A stretch of 32,000 nt of DNA from Candidatus Methanoperedens sp. (lineage in GTDB: Archaea; Halobacteriota; Methanosarcinia; Methanosarcinales; Methanoperedenaceae). Positions 1 to 6,680 of this stretch are shown here, in pieces; the first letter of the stretch is position 1; every line of letters starts with the position of its first letter. The translations under genes and the position numbers were made by a program. The stretch covers positions 270,001 through 302,000 of the forward strand of contig JBGQBI010000002.1 of the NCBI GenBank assembly GCA_041494705.1, given 5' to 3'. Under the pieces are notes generated by a model, which worked only from the letters and a program-made list of their open reading frames with translations, was not told the origin of the DNA and did not search any database.

Positions 1-30
1 TGGTGCTGATTGAATGATGTTGTTCAGCTT

Positions 31-630
31 TCATTTCATTTCCATTTTCACTCTTTTAATGAATTCTTCAGGATTTTGAGTGGTCAGTATAAGTTTCCTG
101 AAAAACCCTTTCTTCTTTTCAATCAACACCGCGCTTTTACGCATGCTGATAAAGGCAAGCCTCCTTCCCCGCAGGCGTAGACCCCAACCTGCGTACCAGG
201 GAATGTCTTCTATCGTTTTCATCTCTTTGATTTCGGAATACGGGATGCTGTATTTTAAAGGAGGCATTACAGCCTCGACGCCAACGTTTGTAATTCTGAA
301 CTTGATGCTAAAAAAGCTCCACGTAACGAAAGCAGTGATCGATACTACCAGAAGTAAAACGAATTCTGCCTGTTCAGGCGCTTTTCCAAAGACGGATATG
401 AAGTACAAAATAGCCAGTATGAATAAGCCTGACACCATTACCAGCTTTATCGTAGCGCTGTAAGGCGCTTTTTCCTCATAGATTGTTGTTTTGCTTGCAG
501 ACATTCCGCCTCGTTTTGTTCCTGACGCAAAGACATATTCCACACCGCTATCAACAACTGTGTTTTTCATGCTCAACATAGGGCACCATCCCATCATTTT
601 TCTTATCTTTTCTGTTACATTTATCGTCAT
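31..630 (-). CDS. Membrane protein with N-terminal MGWCP motif (DUF1673-like, from memory), two central TM helices and a C-terminal PH-like soluble part
   Basis: 199-aa ORF with ATG at 630. Hydrophobic helices LVMVSGLFILAILYFISVF and FVLLLVVSITAFVTWSFF. Its ATG overlaps the stop of the upstream regulator gene (ATGA at 627-630), suggesting an operon. Confidence 0.6.
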   Translation of the reverse strand: MTINVTEKIRKMMGWCPMLSMKNTVVDSGVEYVFASGTKRGGMSASKTTIYEEKAPYSATIKLVMVSGLFILAILYFISVFGKAPEQAEFVLLLVVSITAFVTWSFFSIKFRITNVGVEAVMPPLKYSIPYSEIKEMKTIEDIPWYAGWGLRLRGRRLAFISMRKSAVLIEKKKGFFRKLILTTQNPEEFIKRVKMEMK

Positions 631-1073
631 GCCAAACTCCTCAACTTCCCAAAAAGCTCATCCGCCAGCTTTGTGGGGTCGTTAGTTTTCTCAAGCTTCA
701 GTTTCATCTCATCAGCGAAATCCCACAGCAATTCAATGCACTGCGTATATCTCACACACGCGCCGCAGTTCCCCTCATGTTCGTACCACACCTGCATCCC
801 GTGCTTTGCAGATACGAAAATAATGGCACTTGCATTAAACGGCGCCGAGTGACCGAACAGGATACCGCGCTCTGCATTCACTTTCTCTACCTCTATCTGA
901 TTTGCCCCTGCCATCTCAAGAAGCGTCTTTCCTATACGTTCATCCATTGTGATGAGCGCTCTTGATACTGCCTGCTTGGATATACTGAATGAGCGCGCTA
1001 TATTCATATTAGGAAGACCGCCGCGCCGCAGCCTCCAGAACTCAAACTGCTTGTCATTTAAAGGCAGGAACAT
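627..1073 (-). CDS. Tfx-like HTH DNA-binding protein (sigma-70 region 4 / LuxR-type HTH at N-terminus)
   Basis: 148-aa ORF. The N-terminus LNDKQFEFWRLRRGGLPNMNIARSFSISKQAVSRAL matches the archaeal Tfx-type HTH pattern as I recall it. A C-terminal Cys cluster (CGACVRYTQC) is present. Translationally coupled to the downstream membrane protein. Confidence 0.65.
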   Translation of the reverse strand: MFLPLNDKQFEFWRLRRGGLPNMNIARSFSISKQAVSRALITMDERIGKTLLEMAGANQIEVEKVNAERGILFGHSAPFNASAIIFVSAKHGMQVWYEHEGNCGACVRYTQCIELLWDFADEMKLKLEKTNDPTKLADELFGKLRSLA

Positions 1074-1094
1074 ACGTCAACATATGTATATTGA

Positions 1095-1104
1095 CTATTT
1101 ATAG
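1095..1104 (-). promoter_or_regulatory. Possible TATA box for the Tfx-like gene
   Basis: CTATTTATAG (palindromic AT-rich box) centred about 27 nt upstream of the ATG at 1073. This would imply a leaderless or very short-leader transcript. Confidence 0.25.
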
Positions 1105-1151
1105 ATTACTACAAATACTCCCATTTTGAATATTCGATATGCAGCGCCGCT

Positions 1152-1213
1152 GGTTTCACTTTCTTGCAACGTTTCACCTCTCGTATCACACAAAATGTAT
1201 CTATCGTTTCACC
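1152..1213. promoter_or_regulatory. Cluster of four (C/G)GT(T/A)TCAC repeats in a divergent promoter region; candidate operator sites
   Basis: GGTTTCACT at 1152, CGTTTCACC at 1170, CGTATCACA at 1182 and CGTTTCACC at 1205. The 9-mer CGTTTCACC occurs exactly twice. Located between divergently transcribed regulator genes. Confidence 0.35.
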
Positions 1214-1446
1214 CGTAAGAAAACTCAGGCGCAAAAATGTGCTCTGTAAATATGAGGTGATAAAATGAAGAAATCAATACTAATCGGAGTATCTATAGCA
1301 CTGTGTACATGGGAAAAGACATCCAAAGAGTTGTCGCAGGCTGTGTGAAAGGGGATTATAAATGTTGAATGCGCTGGAATTTGAGGAGAAGAAAACTTAA
1401 ACAGTGAGCAGTCATGTAGTAATTTGACTTAAGGTCGTGTATTTCG

Positions 1447-2037
1447 ATGGTCTCAAGGAAAACTGGAACATTGGTACTCGCATGCGCTGTGTTGGTGATA
1501 GCATGCGTTATCGTCACAAGCATGCTGCTTGTTACAAAGCCGTCAATTATCCAGATAAACGATGGGACTTTCAAAATCCTCGAACTTCCTTACACCTATA
1601 CCAAGAACGATGCATACGTTCTGGTTATAGGCTCAACAATTGGCGGCATGATGCTCTCGTATATCCTCACAATGTTATTTGCAACAGGAAAAAGCGAGGT
1701 TAAAGAAATGATTACAATAGAAAAATCGGTAGAAATCCCAGTCTCTGAAGCTGATACAAATACTGCTATGGAGCATATTAATGACAGCACGAAATTAGTC
1801 GATGCAGTCCTAACCGCACTTGAAGGCGATGAGAAAAAGCTGGTTAAAGAAGTTGCTGACCACGGCGGTGAAATGTTACAAAATGAACTTGTGCTTTCTT
1901 TGAATTTCTCAAAAGCAAAAGTCTCAAGGATGGTAATGGACCTTGAAAAGAGGGGGTTGGTAGTGAAAAAGCAGTACGGATTGACCAATAAGGTCGCTCT
2001 GGCTGACAAGCTGAGGGGTGAAAAGAATGAAAAATAA
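1447..2037 (+). CDS. Membrane-anchored winged-helix (MarR-like) transcriptional regulator
   Basis: 196 aa. Two N-terminal hydrophobic helices (LVLACAVLVIACVIVTSMLLV, VLVIGSTIGGMMLSYILTMLF). The C-terminal wHTH-like segment is LSLNFSKAKVSRMVMDLEKRGLVVKKQYG. Overlaps the next gene. Confidence 0.65.
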   Translation: MVSRKTGTLVLACAVLVIACVIVTSMLLVTKPSIIQINDGTFKILELPYTYTKNDAYVLVIGSTIGGMMLSYILTMLFATGKSEVKEMITIEKSVEIPVSEADTNTAMEHINDSTKLVDAVLTALEGDEKKLVKEVADHGGEMLQNELVLSLNFSKAKVSRMVMDLEKRGLVVKKQYGLTNKVALADKLRGEKNEK

Positions 2038-2950
2038 GATGATAGCAGGAGCAATAATGATAGTAGTTTTGCTGTCTGCGGTGGGGCTATTCTGGTATTT
2101 TACCCCATCAGATGTCAATATTGTAAGAGTAGAAGCGTCTAAGGAACTCCTGATTGGACAACTGGGTCAGCTTACGGTATTCATGCAGAATAATGCTTCA
2201 AAGGACGTAAACGTAACTATAGATGTGAAAAATTCATTTGTAGATGCGAAAGGCGTTAATTTAAAAGGGGTTGCTGTTTTATCGTATGAGAATTTAAGCT
2301 ACACGCCATCAAACGTCACTGATATATCCCAGAAAGAAATTCTATTAAAACCCGGCAGCAACAGCATAACTTACATGGTGGGATACGAAGTACCGGGGCT
2401 GCAAAAAGTCGAAGTGGATATATATCGATATGGAAAACTCATAGATTCCAGAACAGTAGAAATCAATATTCCCACGCCGAAAATAGCGATGAACATCTGG
2501 AACCAGACAAGCATCAATGGAACTAATGAAATATACTCCGTTTATGGTAATTTAGAAATCTTCGGGCAAGGCTATGCACCCGGTGTTGTAGTTAATATTT
2601 CAGTAATAAATGAATTAACAAATACCACAGTTTCAACAGTTACAAGGACATACTCTTTAAACATACAATATGCATCATATGGATCTGAACCCCTCGTAGT
2701 CTGGGAAACCCGTAATTCCGTCTCTGACCCGGTGACCGGGATGCTAACCACTATCCAAACCGAAACATATGCACCCATCGTAGTTATTGAACTCTCAAAG
2801 GGCAATCCCTCGGATGAAAAATATATAATGTCCCCTGTAGTGATAAAAGGCAAGATAGGAGATAGATACAGGGTGGTTGTAACTGCAAGATGGATAGATC
2901 AAATAGTAAGTTTTGAAATGAAGATACCTTCACCCTATCCGCTTTCTTGA
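2027..2950 (+). CDS. Secreted or N-terminally anchored Ig-like/CARDB-like beta-rich protein
   Basis: The track ORF starts at GTG 2018. I prefer ATG 2027, which sits 6 nt after GAGGGGTG. It has an N-terminal TM/signal helix (IAGAIMIVVLLSAVGLFWYF), many N-x-S/T sequons and beta-rich composition. Confidence 0.6.
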   Translation: MKNKMIAGAIMIVVLLSAVGLFWYFTPSDVNIVRVEASKELLIGQLGQLTVFMQNNASKDVNVTIDVKNSFVDAKGVNLKGVAVLSYENLSYTPSNVTDISQKEILLKPGSNSITYMVGYEVPGLQKVEVDIYRYGKLIDSRTVEINIPTPKIAMNIWNQTSINGTNEIYSVYGNLEIFGQGYAPGVVVNISVINELTNTTVSTVTRTYSLNIQYASYGSEPLVVWETRNSVSDPVTGMLTTIQTETYAPIVVIELSKGNPSDEKYIMSPVVIKGKIGDRYRVVVTARWIDQIVSFEMKIPSPYPLS

Positions 2951-2958
2951 GTAATTGT

Positions 2959-3339
2959 ATGGCAACACTGCTCTGGCGCAACCCTAAGCTCTACGGTTTA
3001 CTGGGTTTCATCCTGGTAGCAGGTCCCACACTTTTCTTCTTTTTTGCAGGAATTCCCGGAACACAAGTTACTGAAACAGAAATTGCCGGCGGCAACAGGA
3101 CAATTGGTACGGCAACAGTCTGGATAGGAGCATTCAATCCCTTTCTCCTGGTCTTTGTCATTGGAGCTGCCGTAGCTACATGGGGATGCTACCGGAGCAC
3201 GCCCATGGCATGGGCCGGAAGTCTTTTCGTCATTGCCTTCTCGATACTTGCAATGTTCAGCATAGGGTTACTCACTTTGCCGGGTGCTGTACTACTTTTG
3301 ATAGGTGCTGGATTCAAGACTGCCAACAAGAACATATAG
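2959..3339 (+). CDS. Small polytopic membrane protein (about 4 TM)
   Basis: The track ORF starts at TTG 2947 and the first ATG is at 2959. The sequence is hydrophobic throughout. It is the third gene of an overlapping operon (1447-3339). Confidence 0.55.
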   Translation: MATLLWRNPKLYGLLGFILVAGPTLFFFFAGIPGTQVTETEIAGGNRTIGTATVWIGAFNPFLLVFVIGAAVATWGCYRSTPMAWAGSLFVIAFSILAMFSIGLLTLPGAVLLLIGAGFKTANKNI

Positions 3340-3375
3340 ATAAAATTGGGTTTTATTTCACCCGGCAAAGTCATT

Positions 3376-3417
3376 CTCAGAGCAGTGGTCTGAGGATTAA
3401 ACCAATACCTTTTTTTA
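3376..3417 (+). terminator. Hairpin plus T8 tract downstream of the 1447-3339 operon
   Basis: CTCAGA (3376-3381) pairs with TCTGAG (3389-3394), followed by TTTTTTTT at 3410-3417. Oligo-T tracts are the usual archaeal termination signal. Confidence 0.3.
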
Positions 3418-3455
3418 TTCCAAACCCCACTTAAGAAACCAATCGAGAGAAACCC

Positions 3456-4328
3456 ATGCCATTTAAAATCTTAAAAAAACAGGAGCTTGTTCCCACAATC
3501 CACCTGATGGACATAAGCGCTCCGCGGATTGCTAAAAAGGCGCAGCCGGGGCAGTTTGTCATACTAAGGATTAATGAAACAGGAGAAAGAATACCGCTTA
3601 CTATTGCGGATTTTGACAGGAGAAAAGGAACTATAACCATGATTTTCCAGGCAGTCGGGAAAACAACAACGCAATTATCTTCCCTGAAAGCCGGTGACGA
3701 ACTCCTGGATTTCATAGGACCGCTCGGGAATCCTGCGCATATCGAAAATTTAGGAACTGTAATCCTCGTCGGCGGCGGTGTGGGTGTTGCACCGGTTTTT
3801 CCGCAGGCGCGGGCTTTTAAAGAATCGGGGAACAAAGTTATCTCGATTATCGGCGCGCGCAGCGCGAATCTTCTCCTCTGGGAAGACAGGATGAGAGAGG
3901 TTAGCGATGAGCTGTATATTACCACCGATGACGGTACAAAAGGTCATCACGGCTTTGTGACCGATATTGTGAAAAAGCTCCTTGAAAATGGCACGAAAGT
4001 TGACAGGGTTATTGCCATCGGCCCGCCTGTAATGATGCGGGCTGTTGCGGGCGTGACAAGACCTTTCAATGTCAAGACCATAGTCAGCCTGAATTCCATC
4101 ATGGTGGACGGGACGGGCATGTGCGGGGCATGCAGGGTGCTTGTGGGCAATGAGACAAAGTTCGCATGTGTGGACGGACCGGAATTCGATGCCCATCTTG
4201 TGGATTTTACCCTGCTGATGAACCGGCTTGCCATGTACCAGCCCGAAGAGAAGCAAGCATTTGAAAAGTACAAATGCGAACGTGAGGGATGCACATGTTT
4301 GATGAACCCGTCAAAAAAGGTGGATTAA
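3456..4328 (+). CDS. NfnA/SudB-type small subunit (PyrK-like FAD/[2Fe-2S] electron-transfer subunit of ferredoxin:NADP oxidoreductase / sulfide dehydrogenase)
   Basis: 290 aa. Ferredoxin-reductase-like N-terminus (GQFVILRINETGERIPLTIADFD), VGGGVGVAP nucleotide-binding loop, and PyrK-type Cys cluster GMCGACRV...ACVDGPEF. Confidence 0.85.
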   Translation: MPFKILKKQELVPTIHLMDISAPRIAKKAQPGQFVILRINETGERIPLTIADFDRRKGTITMIFQAVGKTTTQLSSLKAGDELLDFIGPLGNPAHIENLGTVILVGGGVGVAPVFPQARAFKESGNKVISIIGARSANLLLWEDRMREVSDELYITTDDGTKGHHGFVTDIVKKLLENGTKVDRVIAIGPPVMMRAVAGVTRPFNVKTIVSLNSIMVDGTGMCGACRVLVGNETKFACVDGPEFDAHLVDFTLLMNRLAMYQPEEKQAFEKYKCEREGCTCLMNPSKKVD

Positions 4329-4330
4329 TT

Positions 4331-5716
4331 ATGGGTTCATCAAAGTTAGAGCGCCAGAAAATGCCTGAACAGGAGCCGAATAATCGCCGCACCAATTTCA
4401 GTGAGGTTGCGCTTGGTTTCACAGCAGAGCAGGCTGCGGCGGAGGCAAAACGGTGCCTCCAGTGCAAGAAACCCAAATGCATGGAAGGCTGCCCTGTTGA
4501 AGTGAAAATTCCCTCTTTCTTAAAATACGTGGCGGAAGGCGATTTTGAAAGCGCCATAAAAGAAATAAAAGCAGATAATGCCCTCCCTGCCGTATGCGGT
4601 CGCGTGTGCCCGCAGGAAACCCAGTGCGAGCAGGCATGTATATTGGGCAAAAAAGGAGCGTCAGTCTCGATAGGCAGGCTTGAGCGCTTTGTGGCTGATT
4701 ACGAACGCAATAAAGGCGTAGAAGTTCCCTCCACGCCAGAACATACGGGAAAGAAGGTTGCCGTCGTGGGTTCTGGACCTGCAGGGCTTACAGCAGCGGC
4801 AGACCTTGCAAAAATTGGTCATTCGGTGACGATTTTTGAAGCGCTTCATGAAGCCGGCGGCGTTCTTACCTACGGCATCCCGGAATTCCGGCTTCCCAAA
4901 GAGATTGTGAAAGCTGAAGTTGAATACGTAAAGAAACTTGGCGTTACGATTCTTCTTGATTCCGTGATAGGCAAGATTGATACAGTGGATGGGCTGCTTG
5001 GCGAATTCGATGCCGTCTTCCTTGGCACTGGCGCCGGACTGCCGATGTTCCTGGATATTGATGGCGAGAACTTAAACGGGGTGTATTCTGCAAACGAGTT
5101 CCTGACGCGCGTTAATCTCATGAAATCCTATAAATTCCCTGAGTATGATACACCCATAAAGAAGGGAAAACACGTTGTTGTGGTGGGCGGCGGGAATGTT
5201 GCCATGGACTCGGCAAGATGCACCCTGCGCCTTGGCGCCGAGGAGGTCACAATCGTTTACCGGCGCGGGGAGGAAGAAATGCCGGCGCGGGCTGAAGAGA
5301 TCGAGCATGCCAGGGAAGAGGGCATAAAGTTTCGGCTTCTCACAAATCCTGTACGGATAATCGGCGATGCCAAAAACTGGGTTACCCATATCGAATGCAT
5401 AAACATGTATCTTTGCGAACCTGATGAATCGGGCAGATGTAAGCCCATGCCGCAGGCAGGGTCGGAGCATAAAATCGAAGCAGATGTTGTGATAATCGCT
5501 ATCGGGACATCGCCCAACCCCCTTGTGCCGCGAACGACGGAGGGTCTTGAGATTACAAAACACGGAACGATTATAGCGAAAGAGAACGGCTCGACTACTA
5601 AAAATGGAGTTTACGCAGGCGGGGATGCGGTAACAGGCTCTGCGACGGTAATCAGCGCTATGGGTGCAGGAAAAATAGCTGCGCGGGCTATAGATGGGTT
5701 TTTGATGGAAAAATAA
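4331..5716 (+). CDS. NfnB/SudA-type large subunit (glutamate synthase small-chain/GltD-like NADPH oxidoreductase)
   Basis: Two N-terminal Fe-S motifs (CLQCKKPKCMEGCP, CGRVCPQETQCEQAC) and two Rossmann motifs (VAVVGSGPAGLTAA, VVVVGGGNVAMDSA). The start is set at ATG 4331, 3 nt after the upstream stop, rather than the track start at 4289. Confidence 0.9.
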   Translation: MGSSKLERQKMPEQEPNNRRTNFSEVALGFTAEQAAAEAKRCLQCKKPKCMEGCPVEVKIPSFLKYVAEGDFESAIKEIKADNALPAVCGRVCPQETQCEQACILGKKGASVSIGRLERFVADYERNKGVEVPSTPEHTGKKVAVVGSGPAGLTAAADLAKIGHSVTIFEALHEAGGVLTYGIPEFRLPKEIVKAEVEYVKKLGVTILLDSVIGKIDTVDGLLGEFDAVFLGTGAGLPMFLDIDGENLNGVYSANEFLTRVNLMKSYKFPEYDTPIKKGKHVVVVGGGNVAMDSARCTLRLGAEEVTIVYRRGEEEMPARAEEIEHAREEGIKFRLLTNPVRIIGDAKNWVTHIECINMYLCEPDESGRCKPMPQAGSEHKIEADVVIIAIGTSPNPLVPRTTEGLEITKHGTIIAKENGSTTKNGVYAGGDAVTGSATVISAMGAGKIAARAIDGFLMEK

Positions 5717-5760
5717 TCCTATCGTAAGCCTAATATCACATCCATCAAGTATAGATATTC

Positions 5761-6450
5761 ATGAAATACCCACCAACCAATCTCATTCAAGCTGTCGGTC
5801 TTGCGGATGCATGGGCGCAGGCTGTGAATTTTGTAATGAAAAATGGTATGGAGATAAAGACAGAATACGGGCCGTTGTCAAAAGATATATGTTCTGTCAT
5901 CGAAATCCGCGAACCCTATGCGGAGCCAATGCTGCATCCCCAGTTTCCGACAAAGGAGCTGCATGTAAAAGAGTATTTGAAGCAGTGGGAACGGGGTTAC
6001 GACTGGAAAAAACAGGGATTTGAGTATAATTACATGGACAGGCTCATAAACTACCCGTCGCGGGGCAAAGATGTCGACCAGCTAAAAGCGATAAAAGACC
6101 TCCTTCCGCAGGGCGTTTCGCGCCGCCGGCAGGCAATCACATGGATACCGGAGCGCGACCTTTTCGTAAAGGAAGACCAACCGTGTCTCCAGAGGCTGTG
6201 GGTCAGAAGTATTGGTGATGGTAACGCCGAGATGCACTGCATGTGGCGCTCACGCGACCTTTACGCTGCGTGGAACAGCAACATGGTGGGCCTGCTCACG
6301 ATGATAAAAAGGGAAGTGCTTGAGCCCAATAATTTGAAACTTGTGAAAGTGGTGGATTTCTGTAACTCGCTGCACATCTATGAAGCCGACTGGGAATCTG
6401 CCTCGAAGGTGAAGCCGCTACCCAAAAGCCCGCAGATGATGAGGTATTGA
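5761..6450 (+). CDS. thyA: Thymidylate synthase family protein (short archaeal ThyA type)
   Basis: 229 aa. Catalytic-Cys motif QPCLQRLWV, then RSRDLYAAWNSNM and LHIYE, corresponding to the ThyA PCH / RS.D...N / HxY motifs. Confidence 0.75.
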   Translation: MKYPPTNLIQAVGLADAWAQAVNFVMKNGMEIKTEYGPLSKDICSVIEIREPYAEPMLHPQFPTKELHVKEYLKQWERGYDWKKQGFEYNYMDRLINYPSRGKDVDQLKAIKDLLPQGVSRRRQAITWIPERDLFVKEDQPCLQRLWVRSIGDGNAEMHCMWRSRDLYAAWNSNMVGLLTMIKREVLEPNNLKLVKVVDFCNSLHIYEADWESASKVKPLPKSPQMMRY

Positions 6451-6680
6451 TTTCGGCTCAGGTTTTCATGCCCTCATAAGTCGCGTGTTCCTTCCTGACC
6501 ACGGGTACGAACTCCCAGCCGTTATCCTCAATGGTTTTTACAATCGGGTCGCGAACCCTGCTACCTCTCACCCACGTATCCGCCTGCAACTCCCATGAGA
6601 AACGATATCAACGGCATAAAATAAGGACAGAACCAGAACCCATAATAGAATTCCAGTTCTCATGTTTTATGTTCTCCCTT

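Noticed and set aside
4289-4330. Upstream start (4289) for the NfnB-type gene, upstream start 12333 for the ACT gene, and 16773 for trmY
   Set aside because: These extensions overlap the preceding gene or add non-conserved residues. The internal ATGs at 4331, 12309 and 16695 give family-typical N-termini and sensible spacing.
3431-4650. Minus-strand ORFs 3431-3925, 3750-4256, 3947-4294 and 4207-4650
   Set aside because: All are antisense to the NfnA/NfnB-type genes, whose Fe-S and Rossmann motifs are unambiguous.
6434-6470. AUGAUGA (C-box-like) sequence at the end of the thymidylate synthase gene as a possible C/D box sRNA; a similar ATGATGA lies at 12534
   Set aside because: No matching D box (CUGA) or C'/D' boxes at appropriate spacing. 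Both sit in or at the edge of coding sequence.
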